64,000 nt of DNA, from NCBI GenBank assembly GCA_030704615.1, contig CM060733.1, forward strand, positions 24,242,001 through 24,306,000, written 5' to 3'. The notes beneath the pieces are model-generated. The model was given only the letters and a program-made list of their open reading frames with translations, did no database searches and was not told the origin of the DNA. The position numbers and the translations under genes were made by a program. The stretch comes from Takakia lepidozioides. Its lineage: Eukaryota > Plantae > Bryophyta. Positions 48,841 through 62,706 of the stretch are shown here, one piece after another; within the stretch, counting starts at the first letter, position 1; each line of letters begins with the position of its first letter.

Positions 48841-49731
48841 TTAGGTAGCATATGCTGCAATCGAACATTATAGCTTTGATTCATGTTGCCATAAACCATT
48901 TTGCAGCCCTATTATATGGCTGACAGCTTCGAGCTACAATGAAAATGAGTGAATAACAATCTCTCAAATCATCAGCCCATGACCACATCTATTGCTGGTG
49001 TTGGGTCAATCCTCAATTGCCCCACAGCCCACATTTCTATCTATGATTTTACTCTTTCAGAATGTCAATGCACTAAAAATATGTTTGTTGAATGGAGGTT
49101 GCATGTATGCAGTTCAGGAAAGGGTGATAAAGTGTATTTGCGGACATTTGAGGAAGATACTTCTTAAGTGGGGTTGGATGGGGCAAGATTGCTGTTGTTT
49201 ATGGTAGAAACAAGGATTGCCCAGATGGTTTCTATTCTGTAACTATTGATAAGGCTAGTGAGCGTTTGGCCAATGTGTGTGCAGAAAATGTAGAGGCCAC
49301 TTGTGCAGAAATGACATTGGGTGATTTAGAAGGTAAACAAGTTTTATGGAAATATATGTATCTGAACGAGATGTGAAGATACTTAGAATATAGCAAGTAC
49401 TAGGGTAGCTTGTGCCGTTGGCCCAAGTGTCCAATGCAGTCATCTAAGTCATCCAAGCCTAATCATTTTTTTTCTTCTACAGAGCCTATGACCTGATTTG
49501 AACCAGAGACCTTTCCCTTGATATCTCTCATGTCAAGGCTCCAACCATTGTCCCAGGAATGCCCATTTTGCAATTTTTTTCGTGAATTTCCAGCTACCGG
49601 CCAAAGTACTTGAAATTCCACATCTCCCACACCGCCGGTCCAAAAATCGTGAGACCAAGCCCGTGCACCCCTCCTCATCAAGGGACCAAGCACCCGCGCT
49701 GAGGCCTTGCGGTTTGGGACATCTCAACGCT

Positions 49732-49765
49732 ACAAAACAAAACAAAACAAAACAAAACAAACAAA
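49732..49765. repeat. (CAAAA)n microsatellite
   Basis: Directly visible. Confidence 0.9.
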
Positions 49766-52700
49766 TAGGTTTGCTTCATATATTGATGTATCCGTACTCT
49801 AGACATATCTAGCTTGTAGAGGAATTTTTGGTGGATGATATCCTTGGTAGACTTGTTGCCGATCAACCAGTTGATAGCTTGGTGGCCTGCATCCGATATG
49901 GAATGATCTTTGTCCATGTGCAAAGAGGGACTGAAGTGTGCCAGTGCTGCCCTCCATGAGTCAGCATACAAAGGAAGGTCTTTGTAAGCTGATGTATCTA
50001 TAATCCGTGGTGGTGGTTGAAATGTGGGGAACTCAGCGTGGGTGTTTTGCTCGATACTCATGTAGCACTGCCAACTTGTGTGCGGTGTGGTGAACAGTCT
50101 ATATAAGTATGCCAATGTAAAATGTCTATCAAATATTTGTAATTGGACAATATAATTATCGACTGCGTAGTTGTATTTGGTTATACTATTGTTTTCCACT
50201 ACAATGATTTTAGAGCTATAATAAACATTACCAAGTAATATGTATTACTAATGTAAGAGATTAAGAAACTATTAGGTATTAGTAGAATTTTTTACACCTT
50301 CACAAGTTCACTTAACTGAGCATAATGAAATATAAAACCATATTGAAACTCAATAATAAATCATAATTTGTATAATAATTGGTAGTGAAACTCTTTCATT
50401 GTTATTACTAAAATTAGCTAGACCCAGTTATATATATTTTATTATTTCACTATTAATATATAAGTAAATAGTCGAAAGTTTGCACATTACATATCATAAA
50501 ATCTAGTGAAGTACAAATATGATATGAGCACTAGTCAGACCAATGAGAGTGGTATGTTTCACTATATATAATTACCGTAAATGAAATTCACTCTCACAAT
50601 ACCACAAATAAGTTCGGTGATAGTGAAATGAGATATCCTAGTCAACATTTTGGCTTTTCCATCAACTACACCTAGTAAATGCAACCCTAAATAGACTTCT
50701 GACAATGATATATTTCACTCTCCTAATACTATACACATGTTCAATTGTAGTGAGATGAAATGTAGGGAACGTTTTTGCTTATCATATTAAACCATTGACA
50801 GTTACATAATTCACTTAATGACAGAATCTCATGGATCTAAGTGCTAGAACACTACGTCTCTTGTCTACAAAATCCAACCATGAGTTTATGAGCATACATG
50901 TGCATGACGTGATCTATGCATGTATGCATGCTAACGGCGTCTAACTAGTTTCATGCGTTTCCCTCATTGCCAGCAATGTCCGTGCCTCGGCGAAAGAAAC
51001 CTCTAAGCCCTCTTCATGTACTTCTCTGGCCAAAGACAATTCAGACCAATGATGTGAAGCAACTCCGTTTGTGGTGAGTCCGCGTCCTTGTTAGGACAAG
51101 ACAAGGTACAATGTGCAATATAGATCTTAGTTACCTCAACACGAAACACTACGCCTTCAACAATATCATGAATGTCATGTACCTCATTGACAACAGCAGT
51201 GCCAGCACTTGGTCAAGATGATTTTGGATCATACAAGAAGACTTTGTCGTTCAATATAATGCTGCAGTTTGACACAAAATTATACTCTCTTACAATGTCC
51301 TTTTTGTATTCATTGCCATGGTTTTGTGTAATAATTCGTTGTAGTGCTCTAGTTCCGCAATTACGTAATAGTGCGATGCGGAGCCGTCATTTAGTGTCCT
51401 CTCAAGACGTTTTCTCTTAACTCTTGTGTCAACACGGCTCTTGTTTTTCAACAAGAAAATTTGATATTGTATTTTCTTTGGATATTTTTTATTGCAGCAT
51501 TTAAGTACTATTATTCATGGATCAATCATCATGTATGTATTTATAGGGTTTACAATTTATGTATGTGGAATTGTTATTTAATAGCTTGATTTTTTGACAA
51601 ATAAGTGTTTAGCATAAATTCTCTATGAAATAATCTTGTAAATAATGAAAACATTTCAAACAATTAATTTTTTCAGACCTATCTCGAACCTATTTCATAG
51701 GTTCAATAGGTTCGGTTTAGGCTCAACAAGTGTCTAAGCCGGCGGCTCATGGCTCAAAACATAACTACCCCAAGAAGTTACACCGAGGGCGGTGTGCAAG
51801 TAATGGCATATGCCATAGAGAGATACATAAAACTCCGACCATAGCCGACGTTTAAACTGAGAACCACTTCCACATGCAGCTAATGCACTCTATCGGGGGT
51901 GGGCACTGTAAGAACTCCATAACAAAAAAATGTTAGGTGCATTTGCTACATTTGCTAAGGAAAGTAGGAAATTTATAGACATTAAAGGCTATCGCTGAAA
52001 GAGCACATATGATTTCTTTCCCTCAAATCTTGTCCACTCGTTGTCACTCAGAGGAAATCAAAGGGGTTGGTGTGAGAGATGGCCAAGAGGAATGGTCACC
52101 TCTAATTTTCATTCCTTCGCATTTGTTTGGAAGAGAGTTGCATTAGTCATGACTCATCTTAGCCCCCTCCTTCAACTTTTTGTACATCATTTCATATTTT
52201 TTAGAATGGTGGTTATGATGGTGACAAGATTAAAATGCAACAAAATAATTCCCCTCCCACTTCTGAGAAAACAAAGAGGGTTGTACACCGAGAATAAATG
52301 TAGAAATCAAAGTTGTCGATCAATACCCATGAATCCATTATTGGACAAAGTCGTCAATTAGAATTAAAGCAAGTGAGGTGTAGTCTAACAAGGGAGAGTG
52401 GGTGAGCGAACCACTCATGAAGAAGACAAAAGACCCACTAGAACATAGGTAAAAGCCTTAGAAAAGTATTAACGTGAAATATCCTACGTTGCCTCAGGAT
52501 TGACAAGGTGGATGCAAAACAGAATACATGGTAACAAGGGAAAATAAAGTTAGCCTCGGTGAAGATAGTCACTTGGAGATTGAAGAAGCAATTGGAAGTA
52601 AACATATTTGAGGTCCATAATAAGTTGGGAACCAAGCTATATTTTTCTTCCTGAGCACAACAACAACCAATATAGTTCTTCCTAAGATCCATCGTGCCAT

Positions 52701-53531
52701 TCATAAGGTGGATGCAAGTGCACTTATTATCAATTGATCTACAAGATGTCGAAATGTTTGCTCTCCTTCCCCAACTTCTCTCAAAGCGGGTCGTGAAGAA
52801 GTCTTCGTTGCATTATCATAGTCATTTTGTCGGTGGCTCTTAGGCGTATTTGTTGTAAGAAACAACTCACTTCTCTTTGCACGAATGATTAAAATAAAAT
52901 GATAAATGTACTATCCCATCATGAAAACGTCTAACCTTCCAAACATGCTATGATATGAATGCTCCGATGTTGATGTTGTCCCTAATGCCACATCCAACGT
53001 TCTATAAAAACTCAAGCCCAATGCATGAAAATTTTCATAAAAAACCCAAATCTTAGGCCATAAAAATGCTATGTCGATGATATCATTTTTGTCAAATATA
53101 TGCTAAATTATCTCTTCAGACATGACACATATTTGTGTGTAAACAAACATTCCTATTTATCTAAATTTGTTTTTGAATGAAACCGTCTTAATTTATCATC
53201 AACAACTATTTTTTGAGGAATCATTTATTGTCTTTATTTGATTGACTAATCTAGACAAAATATATATAGATATATATATACATTAAAAACATTCAAAGAA
53301 AAAGAGAGTGGGATAAGTGACAAAAATAGTTGACAATGTTGACTAACACGAATTCAATTTATCTACAATTCAACTCATACTATTCATAGAACATAAGGGA
53401 AGGTAGACAAAAAGTTGTGGCATAATGTAGATAAACATCTGAAATATAATGCAGGAGGAATTAGGTGAAGACTTTTGTTGCCAACACAATCCAGCAATAC
53501 CAAAAAATCTTCCATCAATACAGTGACAGTT

Positions 53532-54182
53532 ATGTCGAAATCATTGCTCGATCAAGAGCCTATCTATTGTGTTGAACAAATCAAAATTCCCAACGGCCTA
53601 CCAGTGTTACTCAAAACATTTGCCAAGGAAGTAATTCGAGCACAACCCATTAACCTTGAAGATTTTGCTCTAAAATATTTCCAAAAGCTCATCACAATGA
53701 TAAAACTAGATGTATCTGCGCCCCCGCCAAGCATGTCCCAACTCATTGACATGTATGAACAAAGCAAAGACATTGAGTACATAAATCAGAAGCCCCTGGC
53801 AGAGATGACTATCAAAAATGGTATTAATCAAGCAGCCATGGAGAATGTTTTCAAGTTGGCAAACTTCCCTTCTGATCTAGTAGATCCTAAAGAGTTCATT
53901 CTTTTGCTTCTGACCACAATAGCCAAGAGTTTTGTAGCTGTGATGAGGGGCATGTTCAAGCTGTTTGGGGCCAAGACTAAGGAGAAGCTCCAAGTTCCAC
54001 TTTTCTTTATGTTGATAAATCATCTCGCAAAACGTGATAAAGAAATTTCTGCAAAGATAATTGCGGAGTTGAAACATGATCTCACGAGTAAAGAAGTCAA
54101 AGAGGTTTCTTTTGACGATATCAAATCCAATCCGATTATGTTAGATTACTTCCAACCTGATAGTAAGAAGACACTTGTGTAA
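53532..54182 (+). CDS. RSP11: Radial spoke protein 11 / ropporin-1-like (RIIa dimerisation-docking domain), host gene
   Basis: EPIYCVEQIKIPNGLPVLLKTFAKEVIRAQPINLEDFALKYF closely resembles the N-terminus of Chlamydomonas RSP11 and ROPN1L; intact 216-aa ORF. Confidence 0.85.
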   Translation: MSKSLLDQEPIYCVEQIKIPNGLPVLLKTFAKEVIRAQPINLEDFALKYFQKLITMIKLDVSAPPPSMSQLIDMYEQSKDIEYINQKPLAEMTIKNGINQAAMENVFKLANFPSDLVDPKEFILLLLTTIAKSFVAVMRGMFKLFGAKTKEKLQVPLFFMLINHLAKRDKEISAKIIAELKHDLTSKEVKEVSFDDIKSNPIMLDYFQPDSKKTLV

Positions 54183-55479
54183 TCTTCTTCTCCATCAACT
54201 TATAATTATCAAAGTGATTTTCTTCACATTTTTCAGATTAAATTGTTCCATCATTTTTATGCATGACACCCAATAGTAGACATTTTACAAACAATAATCA
54301 TACATTACGCATTTTACATGGGAGAGGTAGACATAGAACAGGTTGAGGTCTGCTTCTAGTTTGTTACCTATCTACAAATGATGCACGACTTAAGCACTCA
54401 TTTCAAAGGAGAAAATGAACAACTGTAATAAATAGAAATCTTCCGAGAATGAGCCACGAGATAATTACTTAGAACTGAAAGATTCACAATAAAAAAGACA
54501 CTTGCCGAAACAATGTAACTTACGGACGTACCACTTCACCCCGCATGGCTACTGCCTTCCGTTTGGAAGGTGGACACTTTCTAACGGCCATAACCAAGCA
54601 ATGCGGTTGCCGGCCAATCCTCAACCAAAGACTCGAAATCCTTAAGTATTGTTAGAGGACTGTCTGGGACTTAGACACTTATACGGGATCTGCAGGGTAC
54701 CCTTAATTTTTGCACAGACTGAGACCAACAGGAGCCTTAGGGGTGACAACAGCGCACTGTAGAGGAGGGTTACACAACCAGTCACAGCCAACACAGCCGA
54801 CACAGCCCGTCACAGTCGTCACAGCCGACACAGCCAACACAACCCGTCACAGTCGTCACAGCAGACACAGCCACACAGCCAAACACAGTCGCACAGCCAG
54901 TCACAGCCCGTCACAGTTTCACACAGCCAGTCACAGCTTGACACAGCTGTCACGACCATAGGGAACGGAGAGCAGGACAGGGAACGACTGTGGGGAACAA
55001 CACTTGCAAATGGAACATGTTAGTTCACGGATGACGGTTAGTGAGGGAAACGGTTAGAGCCACGGGTAGGAAGATGAAGGGAGAAGCAGGGATTTTGGAG
55101 GGGATGATGATTATTCTGGGGGGTTCTTGGTTATGCATAAGAGGGGATCGGGCGGAGAGCAAGAACGGAAAGCACGGTGAAGGAGGAAAGATGATTAGTA
55201 TATGCTTGTTATATGCAAAGCTGTAGTGATATTGTAGAGCAGATTAGAGACACAATGGCTTCGGCCTGATACCTGATAAATCATAATCTGATACTTATAC
55301 GATACAATCACACTGTGTAGAGAGATCTGAGTGAAGCTGTGGAATGAATTGATGAGTTGATGGAATCCGATAGATTGATGAAGCAAACTGATACTTAATT
55401 ATCAATGGTAAGGTAGCTAACATGAATGCGGAAAGGGAAACAAATAGGAAACACCCCCATGATACACTAGCTGTAGGTC

Positions 55480-56175
55480 ATGACTGATTGTTCTGCGCAG
55501 GCTGAGTACTTAGAGATTTCCAACTCTTCTATCTTGGAGTTTCCGCCTCGGATAGCGAAGGGATGGGTGAGTAAAAGCTGTGCGACATTTGGCGACCATA
55601 CTGGGGAACTGAGTCATGAACAACCAGATGTGATAGGCATCTGGTGGGATCATGGTGGTTGGACCATTAAAGAATTTGAAGTGAATCAAATTCCCTGTGG
55701 AACGAAGGAAGAAAGATTGTCCAAACAATTCTTTCAAAGGTTCTTGGAATTGCCAGACGGTTGTAAAGAAAATATTCTTAAGCGAGTGCATGACGCTGAT
55801 CCGGAATGGGGTCTGGAGAAAGGAGTGATAAAGATTTATCAGGTAGCATGTAGAGGAAGAGCACGTTGGTTACCAACATTGGTTTATGTGATAGCATTGC
55901 TATCCATTAAGCGAGTAGAATTTGAAGGCTGGGAAGAAAGAAAGGTGAATGTTTATACTCATATGCATGAAGAGCTTGTACCGGTAAAGAATTGGATTCC
56001 AAAGGATATTTTGTGGATCAAACTCACACCAAGAACAGCTTTCCAGACTTGTTTGCCATATGGTTATATGGTAACGGAGACTTCAAGTATAACCAAGGGT
56101 GCATTGAAGCTTGAAAGAAACCCAGGCATATACGAGAGATATTACAGAAGAGAGTTTTGGTTATTGCCACATTAA
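55480..56175 (+). CDS. Extra ORF0 (231 aa), copy 2
   Basis: 7 amino-acid differences from copy 1; intact. Confidence 0.65.
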   Translation: MTDCSAQAEYLEISNSSILEFPPRIAKGWVSKSCATFGDHTGELSHEQPDVIGIWWDHGGWTIKEFEVNQIPCGTKEERLSKQFFQRFLELPDGCKENILKRVHDADPEWGLEKGVIKIYQVACRGRARWLPTLVYVIALLSIKRVEFEGWEERKVNVYTHMHEELVPVKNWIPKDILWIKLTPRTAFQTCLPYGYMVTETSSITKGALKLERNPGIYERYYRREFWLLPH

Positions 56176-56196
56176 AAGAAATGAAAGACATGGGAC

Positions 56197-59100
56197 ATGA
56201 GTGATGAAAGAGAAGCTAGACGCCAGAGATATTCAGCAAAAAGAGAAAGCTATCTGAAAGCTAATTATCCATATCTTTGGGAGAGAGGAATAGACATAGG
56301 GGAATCATCTGGACCTCTCACACCATTAAGATCAAAGAGTACATCACCCATACCGAAAGAACTAGAGTTGGATGCCACTCTTTCTATTTCTTTGCAAGAA
56401 AGATTAAGGGAATTGGTACAGAAAGAAGATCAATCAAGAGGTGAAAGATCTGGGGTACATCCCTGGATAAAAGATTTGACAGAAATCTTTGATAAGAGTT
56501 GGCATGGAACACCAAAAGCAGGAACTCCAGTTTCTGAAGCGGAAGGTGAAGAAGGAGAAGAGGATGTGGCAGAGCCAACGGAGAGTTCAGACTCTCCAAC
56601 ACCATTACAGTTGAGTTACATGAGTGAAGAAGAAACCCAAGGGCAGAACTTGGAGGATGAAAATAGAGAGAAGAAATTGGAAGAGGAAGAATATGAAGAA
56701 GTAGACCCAACAACTGAGGTTGAGACTACAACCAGGACATCCCAACCCGTTGGACCTGGATCAAGTGGAGCACTTGGATCACAGGCCAACGAAGGTGTCG
56801 GCTCAGGGGGATCAGGCGGGCTGCCTGGATCTGGCTCTGGGGGACAGGGAGTGTGGGAAGTAGTGCAACTGAAGCTGGGAATACTGTGAATATCGTGGGG
56901 CCGGAAGCAGGGAGTGCTCAAGGGCCACCACTTGGTGGAAGATCCACCACAAAAACAAAAGGTCCAGAAGGACCAGCACCAGCAAGGGTGCCAGCACCTG
57001 TCAGTGGGCAGAAGGTAGGGCCACAGATGGCGTTACAACCAACACGGGCAAAACCACCTTTTCCAATATATTCAGGAAAAGGGGATCCCGATGTACACAT
57101 TAGCCAATTTGAGCACATGTGTATAGTGAACAATGAGAATGACGATGATGCCAAGATGAGATTGTTTCCTTGTTCACTTATCAAGAAAGCAAGTGAATGG
57201 TATGCAAGATTCCCTGATAATCATTTCCTAACCTGGAATGGCTTGAGTACAGCATTTCGAAATAGGTTCAGGACAAGTAAAACTGAAGATGAAGTGTATG
57301 GAAGTTTACAACAGTTAAAGCAAAAGAAGCATGAAACTGTTGAGGAGTATATGGAAAAGATGGAATTGATGATGAAAAAGCTGGCTGCAGTACCAGCACC
57401 CGGTTTACAGAAGACTTGGTTTGTGAGTGGACTAAGACCAGAGTTGCAAAAGAAAGTGGATATGTTACCCCATAATACAGTGGAGGAGGCATTTGAAACT
57501 GCAAACAGAATTGAGTAATTGGGAATGCTCAGGAGAGAGAAAAAGGATGATGAGGACTCTGAGGATGAGTCAGATGAAGAAGAAGAGCAAGAACTAAAAA
57601 GAAAGAGTAAGAGAAAGGAGAAGTTGAAGAGGGATAACTATGAAAAAAGATTGGAAGAAATCTTGAAGAAGTATGCCACAGAGGCTGCAACACATTGGAG
57701 GAAGGGTGTATGGTGTGCAAAGTGCCAGAATGAAGGCCATACCACCACAGAATGCCACATGAAGGAGAAACACTATACTATCTGTAAAATGGATAACCAT
57801 TCTACTGAGAATTGTTACTACAACAGAAGGACAGCTGCAATAGAACCTAGGCAAGTAAGGGTGCATCAGGTGCAGCCCCAGCCAAGAAGAAACAATGATC
57901 AGGACCACTATGGTAGGTTTGGTGGTTATAACAATGGCATGGAAGGGAGAGGTAATTCAAGAGGGAATTACCAAGGAAATTCCAGAGGCAACTATCAGGG
58001 TAATCCAAGGGGGAATTACCAGCCCGGGAATCAGGATTATAGAAATAATCCAAGAACAGACCAAGGGCGAGGACCCAATGGTGAAGAACTATGTTACTAT
58101 TGTAATCAACCAGGACATCGCAGGGCAGCCTGTTCATTCTGGATAAGACACCAGAATGAGATGAGAGCTCCTGTGAATGAGGGCCCAGTGGTGGCAGCTC
58201 ACATGGTTAGGCCATGTGTTGTACCAGAAGCAAGTACAATGATAGTAACAAGAAGTAAAGCCAAACTAATACCTCCGGTAGTAGAGGAAGAAGATGATAA
58301 TGAAGGTGGCAATGATATGCCTGAAGATGAAGAGACTTGGAAAGATGAGAAGGAACTGCACAAGGAAGTCGCAGATACTATAAGGGAAATGCAGAAGAGT
58401 ACTGATATTCCTGTGGCAGATTCCTCTGATTCTGATGGAGAAGAAGAAGGGAGTGAGGAAGAAAGGAAGAAAGAAGATGCAGACATGCAAAGTAATGAAG
58501 AGACTTTGGCTGAAGTAATATGCCAGACCAAAGCAGAAATTACCATTGGACAGCTATTAGCTGTGGCACCTTATTGTAGGCACAGGCTGTATCAAGCAAT
58601 CAATCGAATTGCCCAGGAGATAGGAAACACAGACCTGAACAGCAAGGTGACCAGTTATAATGTGAAGCCGGAAGGGCGAGAAACAGTCATGGACTTTGAT
58701 GATTCTATGCCAGTAATCCAATTGAGAATTGGGAGCACAGAACTAACTGATGTACTGATAGATGGAGGTTCTGGAGTAAATATCATGACAGACCAATTAA
58801 GGAAGAAGCTTGGTCTAAGTAACATGAAACCAGCCCCATTTACAGTAACAATGGCAGATCAAAGAAGTGTACAGCCATTGGGATTGATAAGAGGAGTTAA
58901 GATACAGATACAGAAGATGATCTTTATGATCACAGTAACTGTGTTGAAGATGGATGAAGTCATGGAGGCTTACTCCTTATTATTGGGACGTCCGTGGCTG
59001 AAACAGGCCAGGGTATTCCATGACTGGAATTCTCAGTTACTAACCGTGCATAATGGGATACACGAGATACAAATTACCACAAAGAAATCTAGTAGATTAC

Positions 59101-62100
59101 CTGCTACAAGAAGACCTCGAGGAGTCAGAGAGTATGACTGGAGAGGAGGACTGGATGAGGAGCAGGAAGCTACCCTATTTGCTGCACACCCAGAGTGGGA
59201 GCAGGTTGCAGAGATGCGGCTGGAAAGCCTAAGTTGTTTAAGAGGTATCTGCTGTGGTGTAGTGACAGCAACACCAACTGAAGAGGAAACCAGCAGTTAC
59301 CCATCACATTTCTATGAAGAAAGAGAAGGAGAAATGGAAATCCTAGAGGAACCAGCCACTGTGAGCTTACAGGATGAAGTGGTGACTGGTTGGACAATCA
59401 CAGCTGACGAGCAAGTGAGGGAAGTGAATGTGGGAACTAAAGAGGAACCGAGGATGGTGAAAGTAGGAGCTGATTTGGAGCCGGAGTTCTTTGAAGAAGC
59501 TAAAAGCTTGTTCATCAAATACAGAGATGTATTTGCTTGGAGTTATGAGGATTTAAAAGGGATATCACCTGAAGTCTGTCAGCATAAGATTGAACTGGAA
59601 CCAGGGTCAGTACCAATCAAGCAGGCGAGGTACAGAATGAATCCCAACTACGCACAGAAGGTTGGAGAAGAGATGAAGAAGTTGGCTGAGGCTAAGTTTA
59701 TATACCCAATAGAGTATACAACTTGGTTGTCACCCATTGTTATAGTTCCCAAGAAGAATGGCAAACTAAGAGTATGTGTGAACTACAAGAAGCTGAATGC
59801 TTGTACGAAGAAAGATCCTTTTCCTTTGTCATTCACAGAAGCAGTATTAGACACTGTGGCAGGCCATGAGATGTACTCATTCATGGATGGCTTCAGTGGT
59901 TATAATCAAGTGCAAGTGGCTGAAGAAGACCAAGGGAAAACAGCTTTCATCACAGACTGGGGGGCTTATGCATACAAAGTCATGCCCTTTGGACTTTGTA
60001 ATGCACCAGCGACCTTTCAGAGAGTGATAAGTGAATCTTTTCATGAGTATCTGGATGATTTCATGCAGGTATTCTTGGATGATTTCAGTGTGTACAGCTC
60101 TAAGAATGAGCAATTGCATAAATTGGAGTTATGTCTGGCCAGATGCAGGATGAGAGGTCTGGGCCTGAATCCAGAGAAGTGTACTTTCTGTGTGAACTCA
60201 GGGGTGCTTCTGGGACACATTGTGTGTAAGAAGGGACTTCTTGTGGATCCCAGAAAGACAGAGTCCATTAAAGCCTCTCCACCACCAGTGAATGTTAAAA
60301 GTCTAAGGAGATTCCTTGGGCAAACCAATTATTACAGAAGATTTGTCAAAAGGTATGCACAAATAGCAGCACCATTGAGCAAGCTTCTGAAGAAAGATGC
60401 AGTGTTTGCCTGGACAGCTGAATGTCAGCAGGCGTTTGAGGAACTTACACTGTCAGTAACAACTACACCTGTGCTGATTAACCCTCACTGGCATGTAGTA
60501 TTTCATGTTCACTGCGATGCATCAGGAGAAGCGTTGGGAGCAGTGTTAGCCCAGAATGTTACAGGAAATATAGATTCACCTGTGTACTATGCTAGCAGAT
60601 TGATGAACAGTGCTAAAAGGAACTATAGCACAACGGAAAGAGAAGCATTGGCAATGATCTATGCAGTGAAGAAATTCAGGCATTACCTGTTGGGCAAGAA
60701 GTTTATGTTCTATGTGGATCACCAGGCTCTGATATACCTGGTAAACAAACCTCTGATAAGCGGAAGAATAGCAAGATGGTTGATAATCTTGCACGAGTTT
60801 GAGTTCGAGGTTGTTTACAAGTCTGGGAGACTGCATCTTGTGGCGGATCACTTGTCACGGTTATCAACAGGAGAACCAGCCACAGGAATAGATGATCAAT
60901 TACCAGATGCGAGTCTCTTTGCAGTGGAGGTACAGGGAAGTGCAGATGACTGGTTAATCAGATACTACCTTGCTCATGGTCAGTGCCCACCTAGTTATGG
61001 TAAGGAGCAGAGGAAGAGAATCGCTATCAAAGCTTTACCTTATACTATGGTAGGAAGCAGAATGTATAAGCTAGGACCTGATGGAGTACTAAAACGATGC
61101 TTGTACCACCATGAAGTAAATAAAGTTTTGGAGGAAGTTCATAAAGGAGTGGCTGGAGGTCATTTTGGAGAAGAGACTACCAGTAGGAGGATACTACTCG
61201 TAGGTTACTGGTGGCCTACTTTGTTCAAAGATGTACACGAGTATTTGTCAGAGTTGTGATGAATGTCAGAGGCTAGGACCTTTGCAGAGATCTGGAAGGA
61301 TGGCCTTGCATCCTACAATGCCTACGAAACCATTTCAGAAATGGGGACTAGACTTTATTGGACCGATTAACCCACCAGCCAAGAATACACGGAACAGGTA
61401 CATAAATACAGCCACTGATTATACTACGAAGTGGGTGGAAGCTAAAGCTTTGAGGGACAACACAGCCAAGTCCACAGCAAGGTTCCTGTACGAGAACATA
61501 CTTACACGATTTGGCTGTCCCTTAGAATTTATCAGTGATCAGGGAAGTCACTTCATGAATGAGACCATTGAGTTGTTGACTAAAGAGTTCATGATTGTGC
61601 ATAGAAAGAGTACAACATATTACCCACAGGGTAATGGGCAGGCAGAGGCTACCAACAAAATACTATGCACTATCTTGGCTAAGATAGTCAATGCAAACAG
61701 AACGGATTGGGATACAAAGCTGCTGACAGCTTTGTGGTCATACATGACTTCCTATAAAGTCACCACTAAGTATACACCATTCCAATTAGTTTATGGTATG
61801 GAAGCCTTACTTCCAGTGGAATTCCTGTTACCTACCATGAGAACGGAGTGGGGAAAGATAATGGAATTGCAAGATTCCATTAAGGTCAGGAAACATGAAT
61901 TATACCATGTGGAAGAAGTACGTGCTGATGCAGCTGATAATATGACCAGAATTCAGATGAAGAGGAAGGAACAGTTTGATGAAGGAAAGTTAAAAACTTT
62001 TAAGACGGGAGATTTGGTTCTATGGTTGCAGAAAAAGGGAAAGATTAAAGCTTCTAAGCTTAAATCACCATGGAAAGGACCTTATGTCATACAAAAGATG

Positions 62101-62706
62101 TATGATAACAACACCGCCATGTTACAAACCATTAACAAAGAAATGCTGGGAAGAGTCAATGCCAATAAGTTGAAGGGGTACAGTGGTATCCATGACAAAC
62201 CATTGCAGCATGATTTGCATGTTGAAACGCAAGAGCAGTCACGGGCTGCACCAGTGTTACGAACGGAGTATGGAGCACTTGTCGCTAGGCCGAGCATATA
62301 TGACCAGGGCGGGCAAAACAAGCGTGACACAGCCTATCACAGCCCATCAAGGCAAACCACAGCCTATCACAGCCAATCACAACGTGACACAGCCTATCAC
62401 AGCCCAGCACGGCGCAACACAGCCTATCACAACCTACCACAGCGTGTCACAGCCTATCACAGCTTACCACAGTGCATCACAGCCTATCACATCGTACCAC
62501 AGTATGACACAGCCTGTCACAGCTCAACACAGCCTACTAGGGTTACACGATCCATAGAATCAGTGACAGGTGGACGCATAATAACTTCAGGAAAATGGCT
62601 GACGGAAGAAAAGACGGAAACCAGTTTAAAAATAGACACGTGGAAGTCAGGGCGCGACACACAGCTGAGAAGGAAGTGCAAGAACATGTGTCATAAAGAA
62701 AGATGA
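56197..62706 (+). pseudogene. gag-pol, copy 2, multiply disabled
   Basis: Frameshift in the G-run at ~56840, CAA>TAA at 57516, +1 T at ~61245, and TGA at 62704 where copy 1 has GGA. Confidence 0.95.

Noticed and set aside
50330-51790. TAGTGAAA/TTTCACTA and AACCTAT/ATAGGTT motif clusters as MITEs
   Set aside because: Suggestive of old DNA-transposon ends, but no TIR pair or TSD could be defined.
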